Of a stretch of DNA of 64,000 nucleotides, positions 53,352 through 64,000 are shown piece after piece; position 1 is the stretch's first letter, and each line of letters begins with the position of its first letter. The translations under genes were made by a program, and so were the position numbers. Below the pieces are notes generated by a model. That model saw only the letters and a program-made list of their open reading frames with translations. It made no database searches and was not told the DNA's origin. This DNA is from an uncultured Verrucomicrobiae bacterium. Lineage in GTDB: Bacteria; Verrucomicrobiota; Verrucomicrobiia; Chthoniobacterales; UBA10450. The DNA lies in the NCBI GenBank assembly GCA_963735805.1, contig CAVTMK010000002.1:320001-384000 (forward strand), written 5' to 3'.

Positions 53352-54164
53352 TCAGTGCCGCGCCAAGCGGCGGACTTGCACCGATATCACCGTTGAGAGC
53401 CAACGCCTCTTCAACGGCAAAGCGTGCGCAGACCTTTTCCAGCGACCTGACGGTGAAGTTCGCCGGCGCCGCCCAATTAGAAAGGCCGGGCAGTGCCACC
53501 TGCGGAACCCACTAAGCAACGTCCGGTGATGCCTTGTCGGCTGGGCCTGGGCGCGCGCCAGCGTCGCGAAGCGAGGGGCGGGGGAGACGTTGGACTTTCA
53601 TCGCCTTGATTCTGGGAGCTGGAGTTTCCAGGTGCAGCGTCGGTTGAAGATGAATCTTATAATGAATCCGGCGCTTCTTATTGAACCGCTGCAGATACGA
53701 CAACAAGGAAGGGTGCGAGAGTTGCATCGATCTGGGTGCTGGCCCCGGCGTTCCTCCCATGGCCGAGATCCCCTCGGATATCGGCCATGCACTCTCGCGC
53801 CTAGACCAGCACCGAAATCGACAGCAACTCTTTCTGATACCGACCCGGTTCTCTCTTATTCTTTCTCCGGAAATCGCGCCGCGAAGTTCTCAAAAAAAAT
53901 ATTTGGGGTTGAACGCCGCGGGGCAATGGGCGGCGCGCGCTGTTAAAATTCCAGCTATCGCTGGATGGAACGCGATTAGAGCAAAGGGCCTGGCAGCAAC
54001 ATGAGTAGGAAAGCTGCACGAAGAGTCGTGACACTTTCCTGGTCCCCCGCATTCTTGTCAGCGGGGGACGAAGGCAGTGGCGGTTTATATGAATCACCCG
54101 GGCTTAGGCTGATCTGCGGTCAAATTTAAGATTGTTTAGAAAAGGAATCGTTGAGAAAAAAGTC

Positions 54165-54194
54165 TTGACACGTCCGCGCGCCTTTTAATACAAA
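54165..54194 (+). promoter_or_regulatory. Putative promoter TTGACA-N18-TACAAA
   Basis: Preceded by AAAAAA, about 33 nt upstream of the ATG. Confidence 0.6.
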
Positions 54195-54226
54195 CGGCGC
54201 TCCAGGTAAACCCACAATGCTCTTCT

Positions 54227-57200
54227 ATGAAAAAACAAATTAACCCAAACATTAAAGCTCATCTTATTCGAAGCTCGTTTTACGTGCTTCTGCTGCTGGC
54301 TGTTTGCGTCATCCCATTCGCGTTGGCGCAGCGAAACACAACAAGGCGAAGCGTGACCAAGCCGAACGTGACCGCAAGGCACGCAACATCTGCGCTTCGC
54401 AATGACGTCGCTGCAGCCCAGAAAAATGTCGCTGCCGCAAAAAAGGGAAAAGTTCAGGCGCCCTCGACTCACTTCACTAACGCCTTCGGACGAGTTCCGC
54501 GGTCTGCAGCTTTACACAAAGCCGCGGCGCCAGGCGGTATTTGTACATATGAATTCACCACGGGCGCCGATGCGATCGTGCCCGGTGACACCAACACAGG
54601 CAGTGCCTGTGACGACTGCGATACGCTTGTTAACCTGCCGTTTTCCTTCTCGTTGTATGATCAGACTTTCAACGCCGTGCAGGTGAGCTCCAATGGGCGC
54701 GCTGACTTCGTGACTATCAACGAGCCAGGCGGCTTTCTGTCAGAATGCTTGCCTGCGCCACCTAACGTTGGACCCTATGACTACACCATTTTCCCTGTTT
54801 GGTCGGATTATCGTACCGACATTGTGGGCGAAGGTTGTGCAAACTTCGCCACCGGCTGCGGCATTTTTACCTCCGTGTCGGGCGTCGCGCCTAACCGAAT
54901 CTTTAATATCGAATGGCGTACGGTCTATTTTGCCGATCACAATGCGACGGCGAATTTTGAACTGCGTGTGTATGAGAATGATCCCGACAAGCGCTTTGAC
55001 GTAGTCATCGGCGACGTTCAAGCGGGCAGCGACGAACTCTACGTAAGTGGCGTGCAGGGACCGTCCGGACTCTTTACTGAGGACTTCTGCGATGACCCAC
55101 CAGGGCCGCCTCCCACGAATGTCTCCCGCAGTTACACCTGCACCGGCAAGGGACCGACACCGACACCGACGCCGGCATGCACGCCGATCACGTTTGAAGG
55201 CAGCATCGACGGCAGCGATCCCACCCAGACCGACCGGATGTTCCGGGACGGTGTTCTCAGCACCTGTGACGCGCCCAAGACATGCCCCGGACCGTTTGGC
55301 GACGGACAACAGCATCATTACGATCAGTACACGGTGACCAATACCACCGGCTCGACTCAATGCGTGAGTGTGGACGCCAACACCAGTTGTGTAGGCACTA
55401 ACTACATCTTCCTGGTTGCTTACCTCGGATCGTTTGATCCCACCGACATCTGCGCTAATTACCTGGCAGACCAGGGCAGTAGCCCGGATCCTTCGGCACC
55501 GCCGGGAGCGTTCTCATTTAACCTCGATGACGGGCAGACTGCTGTTATCGTGGTAAGCGAAGTAACCGCCGATGCTGGTTGCCCAGACTATACCGTTTCG
55601 GTCAGCGGTCTGTGCAGCGGCGGCGGGCCATGCACGCTTGGGCCTTGGAATGAGGTGGCCAACTATCCGGAGACCCTCGAATCGGCGGCAATATGCACTG
55701 ATGGCACATTCGCCTACGGTGCAGGTGGCAACGCTGCAGGGTTGCCGACAGCCGGCTTCTATAAGTACGACCCGTCCGCTAACAGTTGGTCAACTTTAGC
55801 CTCAGTGCCGCAGACCCTCTACGATGCACGTTCTGTGTATGACTCCGCTAACAACAAGATCTATCTGTTCGGTGGCATCGATGGGACCACATTCGTTCCC
55901 ATTAACACCTTGTACATCTACGACGTTGCCACGGATACGTGGACTTCCGGCAACCCCATGCCCGGGAACCGCTTTTTCCCGGCCGTCGTGTACGACAGTC
56001 TTACAGATCTAATGTACATTGCCGGCGGCATCGATGAGAACTTCCTCGAAACCGACACCACCTGGATATACGATCCAAATGCCGGTACTTACGATACGTC
56101 AACGGCGCCGAATATCCCCGCAGTAATGGGTGGTAGCGCGGTTAGCCTTGTTGGCCAAACGATGTATCTGCAAGGTTCCTTTGGTAGTGGCGCCACAACG
56201 TTGAACTACGCGTACGACATCGTAGCTAACACGTGGACGCAAAAGGCCGATCTGCCTGCACCGCGTTATGAGGCTGCCGGTGGGTCTATCGGAACTAACA
56301 CCTACGTTACTGGGGGCGGCGACCCATTCAGCGCGCCTGGCAGCGTCAAGGCGAACGGGAAGGGGTCGAAGAACCGGCAGGCTTCAATGGCAAGGCCGGA
56401 CACCACCTTTAACACCACGTTTGTCTACGACACAGTGAATGATAGCTGGTCGAACGGGCCCAACACAAACGTCGGCCACTCGTTCACGGGCGGCACGGCG
56501 ATCGGCAACAAACTGCTGGTAGCTTGCGGGTTTGACGGAGTAAGCGGCGACAGCAACATCGTAGAGACATCCGACTGCGGAGGTGGCGGGCCTACGCCGA
56601 CACCGACGGTTACGCCGACACCTAGTGGGAGTTGTCCGCCGGTGATTACTGAGTCCACGAGCCAGGAGATTGTGTCCGGTAACTCAGTGGCGTGTAACAA
56701 CGGGGTTGGCACGACTGAGAACCATTATTTCCGCGCCTTTAACATGAACACGTTCACGGGCGGGGCGGAGTATGATGTCACTTCGGTTGACTTTGGCATC
56801 GAGCTGGCCCAGTCCGGCGGCGGCACTGGTCAGCCGTTGACAGTCAATCTGTATGCCAACCATGGTTCTGCGTTCCCAGGAGGCGACTGGCAGTCGAACA
56901 TGATTGCCACTTCGGGAACGGTTAATATCCCGGATCAATCGCTGACGGTCTTCAATCAGGCTATCTCGGCGACAGTTGCTGCCGGGACCCTTGAGTTGGT
57001 GATGGAAGTGGTGACACCGGATGGGACGGCTGTAGGCAACCTGTTCTTCGTCGGGTCCAATCCCGATCCTGAAACGGCGCCGAGCTACCTGGAAGCGGCG
57101 GATTGCGGTATAACCGTTCCGACAACTACCGGGGATATTGGATTCCCGGACATGCACATCGTGTTTAACGTGAATGGCAACTGCGGGGGTGGAACACCGA

Positions 57201-57409
57201 CGCCGACACCAACACCGACACCGGTGATCACACCAACACCTATAATTACGCCAACACCGACACCGGTGGTCACACCGACACCTATAATTACGCCGACACC
57301 AACACCGGTGGTGACACCAACACCCATAATCACACCGACACCGACGCCCAGGACTTCGCCGACGCCTAGGCCACGGCCGACGCCGTTCCCGCGGCCGACG
57401 CCTCCTTAA
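54227..57409 (+). CDS. Exported multidomain protein (SSNG module, Cys-rich module, Kelch propeller, ITESTSQ module) with tail
   Basis: Leader '[16 protein letters not shown]'; Kelch 'IYLFGG', 'MYIAGG'. Ends '[14 protein letters not shown]'. Confidence 0.85.
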   Translation: MKKQINPNIKAHLIRSSFYVLLLLAVCVIPFALAQRNTTRRSVTKPNVTARHATSALRNDVAAAQKNVAAAKKGKVQAPSTHFTNAFGRVPRSAALHKAAAPGGICTYEFTTGADAIVPGDTNTGSACDDCDTLVNLPFSFSLYDQTFNAVQVSSNGRADFVTINEPGGFLSECLPAPPNVGPYDYTIFPVWSDYRTDIVGEGCANFATGCGIFTSVSGVAPNRIFNIEWRTVYFADHNATANFELRVYENDPDKRFDVVIGDVQAGSDELYVSGVQGPSGLFTEDFCDDPPGPPPTNVSRSYTCTGKGPTPTPTPACTPITFEGSIDGSDPTQTDRMFRDGVLSTCDAPKTCPGPFGDGQQHHYDQYTVTNTTGSTQCVSVDANTSCVGTNYIFLVAYLGSFDPTDICANYLADQGSSPDPSAPPGAFSFNLDDGQTAVIVVSEVTADAGCPDYTVSVSGLCSGGGPCTLGPWNEVANYPETLESAAICTDGTFAYGAGGNAAGLPTAGFYKYDPSANSWSTLASVPQTLYDARSVYDSANNKIYLFGGIDGTTFVPINTLYIYDVATDTWTSGNPMPGNRFFPAVVYDSLTDLMYIAGGIDENFLETDTTWIYDPNAGTYDTSTAPNIPAVMGGSAVSLVGQTMYLQGSFGSGATTLNYAYDIVANTWTQKADLPAPRYEAAGGSIGTNTYVTGGGDPFSAPGSVKANGKGSKNRQASMARPDTTFNTTFVYDTVNDSWSNGPNTNVGHSFTGGTAIGNKLLVACGFDGVSGDSNIVETSDCGGGGPTPTPTVTPTPSGSCPPVITESTSQEIVSGNSVACNNGVGTTENHYFRAFNMNTFTGGAEYDVTSVDFGIELAQSGGGTGQPLTVNLYANHGSAFPGGDWQSNMIATSGTVNIPDQSLTVFNQAISATVAAGTLELVMEVVTPDGTAVGNLFFVGSNPDPETAPSYLEAADCGITVPTTTGDIGFPDMHIVFNVNGNCGGGTPTPTPTPTPVITPTPIITPTPTPVVTPTPIITPTPTPVVTPTPIITPTPTPRTSPTPRPRPTPFPRPTPP

Positions 57410-57511
57410 GGGATAGGTGAAAGAGTAGAAGCGTTAAAAGTTAAAACGAAGTAAAACGGGAACTCGCGAGGCAACTCGCGAGTTCCTTGCTTTTGGTGGA
57501 TCGGCTTCTCC
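56613..57511 (+). repeat. About 0.9-kb near-identical direct duplication (second copy about 61170-62087)
   Basis: Coding module, tail, stop codon, 3' UTR and hairpin are nearly base-identical. Differences are mainly in the PT linker. Confidence 0.92.
57459..57494 (+). terminator. Putative intrinsic terminator
   Basis: GGAACTCGCGAG-gcaa-CTCGCGAGTTCC-TTGCTTTT. Confidence 0.65.
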
Positions 57512-58124
57512 GAAGACGATGGCAGATGGCTATAGATGGATCGGTTTGTTCTCAAAATGCCAGTCCGGTCGAAGACTCGCCGTGGAGAGCTCGGAACCGA
57601 TGGGAGCAGATTGCCGAAGGCGAATAATTAGGCGGCATAGCCGCGCCGCGTTGCCAACGCGTTGAGGAGTCGCCGCGGCGACCGTTCCACCCAGGCAAGC
57701 CAACGCGTTGAAGAATCGCCGCGGCGACCGTTCAACCCTGGCACGGCGACACCCGCCACAGCGGGCAAGCTGTGCTGTCGCTACAAAATTCGCACGGGCC
57801 ATTAATCTCGCCGATCGGTTGTTGCCGCTTCGCTGTGTCGAGGCGCTTCTTAAAAGTGCGAACGATGCGATTTGTGGCTCGCCGTGGCGACCGTTCCACC
57901 GTGTGCGTTGATCACGTTTCGTGCTGCCCGCTAACCGCGCATCCAGAGCGCCCCCGCGATCGCGAAGCCTTTCAGAGCTGGATTGCGCGCCGTTTCAATC
58001 CTCGTCTGGTGCCATTACACGCATGCGTTTTGGGAGGTGCCCAGGTTTTTCGAGAAATCTATTGGTCGACTGTCAGGCCATGTCCTACTGCCAACGAAGC
58101 AACAAAAATTTTACTAAGAATATC

Positions 58125-58154
58125 TTGACAAGTCCGCAGGTAGTTTACTAAAAA
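58125..58154 (+). promoter_or_regulatory. Putative promoter TTGACA-N18-TAAAAA
   Basis: AT-rich upstream. Followed by CGACGCTCC, similar to the 54165 promoter. Confidence 0.6.
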
Positions 58155-58180
58155 CGACGCTCCACAGCAATGCTTCTCTT

Positions 58181-61100
58181 ATGAAAAAACAAATTAAACC
58201 CAACATCAAAGCTCATCTTATTCGAAGCGCGTTTTACGTGCTTCTGCTTCTCGGCGTTTGCGTGATTCCTCTCGCGCTGGCCCAGTCCCGCAGTCGCGGG
58301 ACGGACAAGCAATCCGTGAACAGTCCCAAGCTAGCCGCGAAAAATGCAAAAATCGCCGCGAGTACGAAATCCGTACCGGCCGGAGCGCGCCCACCGGGTT
58401 CCATGGTCATCAATTCGACAAATCAGCAGTCGAGGCCCGCGCCCAGGAATCGCTTTGGCAGGGCCCCAGTGTTGCCGCGGCGGCCCGTTTATACCGTGAC
58501 CGGGCCTAACGGCGTAGCGTGCGCCTACGACTTCACCGTCGGCAGCGATACGTTTGTGCCAGGCGTGGACGATACAGGTAACCACGGGGATGACGTCGAT
58601 ACCCTTATCAGTCTGCCATTCACCGTTAACCTGTACGGCAACAGCTTCACGACCGCCCTGGTGGGGTCGAACGGATACGTGAGCTTCGGCGTTGACAACC
58701 CCTCCTTCTCGATCACCTGCCCCTCGGGACAGTCCGGCACCACTTTCGTGCTGGAACCTTATTGGGGTGACCAGTGCACCGATGCATGTTTCAACACCCT
58801 TTGCACGGGCTGCGGAATTTTCACTACCACCACAGGCAGCGCGCCTAACCGCGTCTTCTACATTGAATATCGCACCAACTACTACGGCCTGAGCGGGCAG
58901 AACCAGGACCTTTTGGATTACGAGGTCGCTGTATTCGAGAATGGCACTCCCCCCTTTGAATTCATATACAGCAATATGGAAGCGGCATTCGTGGCAAACG
59001 ATAGCCAGCTGACAGTCGGGCAAAAGCAAGATGACGGCTGTCTCACTCAAGTCGGATGCGACACCACGGGTGGACAATTCCCACCGGTGAGCTCGGGTCA
59101 GGCACTGATTGCCGGGCCGGTCGGAGCAACACCGACACCAACGCCGACAGCCACCTGCCCGCCTGGAAATCCCAACGGCGGAGCTGGAGCGTGGACGGCA
59201 CAGGCATCATATCCAACAACGATTGTGCGCTATGGGTTCGTCCAGACCGCCACTGATTTCTATGTCTTCGGCGGCGTATCCGACGGTTCTGAGGTGAACA
59301 ACGTTAATCGGTACAACATCGCCTCGGGAACCTGGACACCACTCTCGCCGATGCCATTTACGAGTGAGGCGCCTACCTGCGCTCTTGACGCATCTAGCGG
59401 CATCGCATATTGCGCCCAAGGAGACACTGGCGACGGCTTCGCATCTTACAACATCGCCACCGATACCTGGACGTCACTGGCTAACACACCCAATGCAACT
59501 AACTACGGCTGTGCATCGGGTGCCTTCAATGGTAAGGTGTTTCTGGCGGGCGACCAGCCGGGAGGAACCACTGCGACGTGGGTATACGACGTAGCCACGA
59601 ATACGTGGTCTGCTGCGTCGGCATCGCCAGACAACTTCTTTCTGGCAGGATACCAACAGGTCGGCCAATTCCTCTACGTCGTTGGTGGTTTCAACACAAA
59701 TACTATACCAACTAACAACGCAACCACCTGGCGGCTGGATATGAGTTCAGCGCCTGGGACATGGGAGACAGGGCCGGCGTTCACCCAGGGCAGAGCAGAC
59801 TTCGGCCTTGCCTACGATCCAGGAACGAACAAGCTATACGCGCTGGGTGGAGACCTTCAGGGCGGCGGCTTCTTCGACTCCACCAATGAGGTGGATGAGC
59901 TTGATGTGTCAGGCTGGCCCGGTGGAACTTGGACGGCCTCACCACCTGATCTGCCACTGCCCAACCGCCAGGCTAACCAGGCCGGATTCTCTGGGGCAGG
60001 TCAAATCTGGAGCGTAGGCGGCTTGGACGGATCAACCTTCCAGTTCCTGAATGAGGTTTGGTCCCGCTCCAATGGCGGTTGCGGACCTACACCTACACCA
60101 AGCTGCTCGCCGGCACCGTGGCAGGAGGTAGCTGCCATGCCCATAGACGTGTATGGGGCGGGAGGCGCATCCGATGGCACGTTCTACTATTCTGCGGGCG
60201 GCTACTCCTTCAGCTCTGGGGGCACGCAAGCGGTCTTCAACCGGTATGATCCAGGCACTAACTCCTGGACCAGTCTGACCAACATGCTGCAATCCGCAAT
60301 CATGCCTGTCGCAGTCTATTACCCGCCGACGAACAAGATTTATGTGTTCGGTGGCGAAGATGGCGACACCGGCACGAACTACAATATCACCCAGATTTAC
60401 GATATTGCGTCCGGCACATGGACCACTGGCGCGAACATGCCGGACGTGCGTAGCTTCGCAGCTGGCGGCTACGTTCCTGCCACCGGCATGATCTATATCG
60501 TGGCCGGCTACAACACCGGAGACGTGACCAGCTCCCAAAATACCACGTACCAATACGATCCAGTAGCCGATAGCTGGACAGACCTCACGTCGACCGATCC
60601 GTACCCGCATGCCGCAGGTGGATTCGGATATGGCGTTGTCAACGACAAGCTGTACGTCGCGGGCGGTCGCGACGCTGCGCTTAACATCATAAACGACACT
60701 TACGAATTCGATCCCCAGGCTCCGGCGGGTAGTCGTTACACGCAAAAGACCGATGAACCCGGGACGTTCCAGAATAACGTTCCCGGCAGCGCTTCTGCGC
60801 AGAACTTGCTCTGGGTGTACGGCGGCGGCAATCCGTTTGTTGCCGGCGGGGCGGAGGCCAACGCAGGCATAGCTGCGCCTTCCAAGGCTCGTATCGTACA
60901 GCCAAAGAGTTCGTTCCCATTGGAGCTTGTGAGAAGGCTATTCGGCCATAAGCCCAAGGCCCCTGATACCGACAGTAGTGGAAGGTTCTATGATCCCAGC
61001 GCGGATACATGGACGGCCTCTCCCAACATGAACGAGCTGCGGTCATTCACCACCGGTGCAGCCATTGGCGACAGCTTGATTATTGCTTCCGGCGGATATA

Positions 61101-61984
61101 ACGGGGCGAGCACCGTTGCCAGCGCAGAAACAGAATCTGTGTGCACGGGCGGAGGCACGCCGACACCGACGCCGACACCTAGTGGGAGTTGTCCGCCGGT
61201 GATTACCGAGTCCACGAGCCAGGAGATTGTGTCCGGTAACTCAGTGGCGTGTAACAACGGGGTTGGCACGACTGAGAACCATTATTTCCGCGCCTTTAAC
61301 ATGAACACGTTCACGGGCGGGGCGGAGTATGATGTCACTTCGGTTGACTTTGGCATCGAGCTGGCCCAGTCCGGCGGCGGCACTGGTCAGCCGTTGACAG
61401 TCAATCTGTATGCCAACCATGGTTCTGCGTTCCCAGGAGGCGACTGGCAGTCGAACATGATTGCCACTTCGGGAACGGTTAATATCCCGGATCAATCGCT
61501 GACGGTCTTCAATCAGGCTATCTCGGCGACAGTTGCTGCCGGGACCCTTGAGTTGGTGATGGAAGTGGTGACACCGGATGGGACGGCTGTAGGCAACCTG
61601 TTCTTCGTCGGGTCCAATCCCGATCCTGAAACGGCGCCGAGCTACCTGGAAGCGGCGGATTGCGGTATAACCGTTCCGACAACTACCGGGGATATTGGAT
61701 TCCCGGACATGCACATCGTGTTTAACGTGAATGGCAACTGCGGGGGTGGAACACCGACACCGACACCGACACCTACACCGACACCGGTGATCACACCGAC
61801 ACCTATAATTACGCCGACGCCAACACCGACACCGGTGGTCACACCAACACCCATAATTACGCCAACGCCAACACCGACACCGGTGGTCACACCAACACCT
61901 ATAATTACGCCGACCCCGACGCCCAGGACTTCGCCGACGCCTAGGCCACGGCCGACGCCGTTCCCGCGGCCGACGCCTCCTTAA
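58181..61984 (+). CDS. Exported multidomain protein (SSNG-like module, two Kelch propellers, ITESTSQ module) with tail
   Basis: Leader nearly identical to 54227. 'FYVFGG', 'LYALGG', 'IYVFGG', 'LYVAGG'. Duplicated C-terminus. Confidence 0.85.
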   Translation: MKKQIKPNIKAHLIRSAFYVLLLLGVCVIPLALAQSRSRGTDKQSVNSPKLAAKNAKIAASTKSVPAGARPPGSMVINSTNQQSRPAPRNRFGRAPVLPRRPVYTVTGPNGVACAYDFTVGSDTFVPGVDDTGNHGDDVDTLISLPFTVNLYGNSFTTALVGSNGYVSFGVDNPSFSITCPSGQSGTTFVLEPYWGDQCTDACFNTLCTGCGIFTTTTGSAPNRVFYIEYRTNYYGLSGQNQDLLDYEVAVFENGTPPFEFIYSNMEAAFVANDSQLTVGQKQDDGCLTQVGCDTTGGQFPPVSSGQALIAGPVGATPTPTPTATCPPGNPNGGAGAWTAQASYPTTIVRYGFVQTATDFYVFGGVSDGSEVNNVNRYNIASGTWTPLSPMPFTSEAPTCALDASSGIAYCAQGDTGDGFASYNIATDTWTSLANTPNATNYGCASGAFNGKVFLAGDQPGGTTATWVYDVATNTWSAASASPDNFFLAGYQQVGQFLYVVGGFNTNTIPTNNATTWRLDMSSAPGTWETGPAFTQGRADFGLAYDPGTNKLYALGGDLQGGGFFDSTNEVDELDVSGWPGGTWTASPPDLPLPNRQANQAGFSGAGQIWSVGGLDGSTFQFLNEVWSRSNGGCGPTPTPSCSPAPWQEVAAMPIDVYGAGGASDGTFYYSAGGYSFSSGGTQAVFNRYDPGTNSWTSLTNMLQSAIMPVAVYYPPTNKIYVFGGEDGDTGTNYNITQIYDIASGTWTTGANMPDVRSFAAGGYVPATGMIYIVAGYNTGDVTSSQNTTYQYDPVADSWTDLTSTDPYPHAAGGFGYGVVNDKLYVAGGRDAALNIINDTYEFDPQAPAGSRYTQKTDEPGTFQNNVPGSASAQNLLWVYGGGNPFVAGGAEANAGIAAPSKARIVQPKSSFPLELVRRLFGHKPKAPDTDSSGRFYDPSADTWTASPNMNELRSFTTGAAIGDSLIIASGGYNGASTVASAETESVCTGGGTPTPTPTPSGSCPPVITESTSQEIVSGNSVACNNGVGTTENHYFRAFNMNTFTGGAEYDVTSVDFGIELAQSGGGTGQPLTVNLYANHGSAFPGGDWQSNMIATSGTVNIPDQSLTVFNQAISATVAAGTLELVMEVVTPDGTAVGNLFFVGSNPDPETAPSYLEAADCGITVPTTTGDIGFPDMHIVFNVNGNCGGGTPTPTPTPTPTPVITPTPIITPTPTPTPVVTPTPIITPTPTPTPVVTPTPIITPTPTPRTSPTPRPRPTPFPRPTPP

Positions 61985-62033
61985 GGGATAGGTGAAAGAG
62001 TAGAAGCGTTAAAAGTTAAAAAGAAGTAAAACG

Positions 62034-62069
62034 GGAACTCGCGAGGCAACTCGCGAGTTCCTTGCTTTT
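62034..62069 (+). terminator. Putative intrinsic terminator
   Basis: Same hairpin and T-tract as at 57459. Confidence 0.65.
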
Positions 62070-62280
62070 AGGTGGATCGGCTTCTCCTGAAAATGCCAGT
62101 CCGGTCGAAGACTCGCCGTGGAGAGCTCGGACCGATGGCAGACATGAATCGCCAAAGGCGCAGATAATCAGGCGGCATAGCCGCGGTTGCTGCCAACGTG
62201 TTGAGGAGTCGCCGCGGCGACCGTTCCACCGTGCCGGGTCAGTTTCCTGGGCAGACTTTCACAAAACTTCCCGGAAAACG

Positions 62281-62310
62281 TTGACATGAAGGCGCGTTTT
62301 GGCTTAAAAC
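62281..62310 (+). promoter_or_regulatory. Putative promoter TTGACA-N18-TAAAAC
   Basis: Upstream of the S8 protease gene. Confidence 0.55.
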
Positions 62311-62366
62311 GTCGTTCCCGCGTTTATTTACGCCAAATCAAGCAACAATACCGTAACCGTAATTTT

Positions 62367-64000
62367 ATGATTAAACATTCAAACTCAGATCGCACATTTA
62401 TGCAGTCACCATGGCGGCCCATTTTCTTTTCCTTGTTCCTTGTTTCAGCGGCGGTAGCCCTGGTGGGAGCAGTCGCTTCTTCGCCCGCGGTCGGATCGAC
62501 TCCGAAGGTGATAGGACACCGCGTTGGTGGCAATTCAGTCAACATTGCGAACAAGATCGCGCCCTGGGTGGTCGAGCACACTGCCAACGGACAGCAGGCG
62601 GAGTTTTTTGCCGTGCTTTCAGACCAGGCCGACTTGAGGCCGGCCGCTAGTTTGCCAACCAAGGCTGCCAAGGGCCGGTTCGTTTTTGAAACCTTGCGAG
62701 ACAAGGCCCAAGCGACCCAGGGATCCGTCCTGCGATGGTTGCGGGAGCGCAATATCCAATATCAGTCTTTCTACATTGTTAACGCCATCCTGGTGAAGGG
62801 TACCCGTGAGATTGCAGAGGCGCTGGCTGCTCGCGTGGACGTGGTGCGCGTCGAGGGTAATCCGTCGATTTACAATAATCTTCCTCAACCCGATCCAGTA
62901 GAGGAATCCCCTTTGCAATCAGCCTCAGGCCAACGTCCGGCGACGATCGAGCCTGGCATCCAATATACGCACGCACCTGATGTCTGGGCGCAGGGATTCA
63001 CCGGGCAAAATATCGTTGTGGCGAGTGCCGATACTGGCGTTCGCTGGACGCACAACGCGCTCAAGCCTCATTACCGGGGTTGGGATGGAACCAACGCGGA
63101 TCACGATTACAACTGGCACGACTCCATTCACGACAGCGTGGGCAATGTTTGCGGGAACGATTCGCCTGAGCCGTGCGACGACCAAGCTCACGGTACTCAC
63201 ACTACCGGTACTATGGTTGGCGACGACGGCGCAGGTAACCAGATTGGCATGGCACCCGGCGCAAAATGGATTGGATGCCGTAACATGGACGCGAACGTCG
63301 GTACACCGGCCAGATACATGGAGTGCATGCAATGGTTCCTTGCGCCCACCCGGATCGACGGCAGTGATCCCGATCCGACGAAAGCGCCCGACATCAGCAA
63401 TAACTCCTGGGAGTGTCCGTCTTCGGAAGGTTGCTCCTTTGACACGTTGCAAGCTGCCGTGGAAGCGCAAGCTGCTGCCGGAATCATGATGGTATCCGCA
63501 GCGCAAAACTCTGGTCCGGCTTGTTCTACTGTGCAAAACCCGCCTGGTCTTTACGACGCAACCTACACGGCGGGAGCCTTGACCACTGGCACTGATACGA
63601 TTGCTGGCTTTAGCAGTCGCGGTCCCGTCACTTCCGACGGTAGCGGGCGGATTAAACCTGACATCACTGCGCCAGGCACAGGCACACGCTCCTGCACCAA
63701 CGCCAGCGACACTTCATATGCGAATTTCAGCGGCACATCCATGGCAACTCCCCACATCTCCGGTGCGATCGCGTTGCTTTGGTCCGCACACGGGCAGTTA
63801 AAGCACCAGCTTACCTCGAGTCGGGATGCCTTGAATAACACGGCTCATTTTATTTCTGATACCTCATGCGGCGACGCTGGCCCGCCAAATAACGTCTATG
63901 GCTGGGGCCGGGTCGATATCCTTGCGGCAGTAAACTCAATCCCATTCCAATCCGGACTTCTTTATGGCTCTACCGGTGGCCTTCATGATGCCGGCGGTGG
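62367..64000 (+). CDS. S8 subtilisin-family serine protease (bacillopeptidase F-like), runs off the window end
   Basis: Translated by hand (absent from the ORF track because it has no stop): signal and propeptide, 'VVASADTGV', 'HGTHTTGT', 'FSSRGP', 'SGTSMATPH'. Confidence 0.9.
   Translation, partial: MIKHSNSDRTFMQSPWRPIFFSLFLVSAAVALVGAVASSPAVGSTPKVIGHRVGGNSVNIANKIAPWVVEHTANGQQAEFFAVLSDQADLRPAASLPTKAAKGRFVFETLRDKAQATQGSVLRWLRERNIQYQSFYIVNAILVKGTREIAEALAARVDVVRVEGNPSIYNNLPQPDPVEESPLQSASGQRPATIEPGIQYTHAPDVWAQGFTGQNIVVASADTGVRWTHNALKPHYRGWDGTNADHDYNWHDSIHDSVGNVCGNDSPEPCDDQAHGTHTTGTMVGDDGAGNQIGMAPGAKWIGCRNMDANVGTPARYMECMQWFLAPTRIDGSDPDPTKAPDISNNSWECPSSEGCSFDTLQAAVEAQAAAGIMMVSAAQNSGPACSTVQNPPGLYDATYTAGALTTGTDTIAGFSSRGPVTSDGSGRIKPDITAPGTGTRSCTNASDTSYANFSGTSMATPHISGAIALLWSAHGQLKHQLTSSRDALNNTAHFISDTSCGDAGPPNNVYGWGRVDILAAVNSIPFQSGLLYGSTGGLHDAGG

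Noticed and set aside
6334..61984. PEP-CTERM, LPXTG or T9SS sorting signals
   Set aside because: No PEP or LPXTG motif, no TM helix before the basic residues, and no CTD-like domain.
56613..62087. Diversity-generating retroelement TR/VR pair
   Set aside because: No reverse transcriptase in the window, both copies are coding, and the differences are not adenine-specific.
1..64000. tRNA, rRNA or known riboswitch
   Set aside because: None recognised by eye. tRNAscan-SE and an Rfam search would be needed to exclude them fully.

Overview
GC-rich bacterial window. Gene style suggests a soil Verrucomicrobiota/Spartobacteria (Chthoniobacterales, 'Ca. Udaeobacter'-like) genome; this is inferred, not proven. 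The left end has a CusRS-like two-component system, DsbA plus a frameshifted VKOR, a polyferredoxin-TPR protein and DUF1348. Most of the window is an array of about 20 predicted exported proteins: a multicopper oxidase, a GSDH-family dehydrogenase, BNR/Asp-box, Kelch, beta-helix, HAF and DNRLRE proteins, an S8 protease, and four paralogs with a lysyl-oxidase-like motif pattern. The main signal is that 18 otherwise unrelated proteins end, mostly after a Pro/Thr linker, in a conserved non-hydrophobic Arg/Pro tail (consensus PRxRP[T/S]PxPRP, usually 0-4 aa before the stop). This is a candidate undescribed C-terminal sorting, anchoring or ribosome-arrest signal, and it resembles drosocin. The genes also share leader peptides, a TTGACR-N18-TAAAAA promoter and shuffled modules. 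A RAYT transposase is flanked by several REP families, and some of these palindromes sit inside coding sequences and signal peptides. Several single-base frameshifts are probably sequencing errors.
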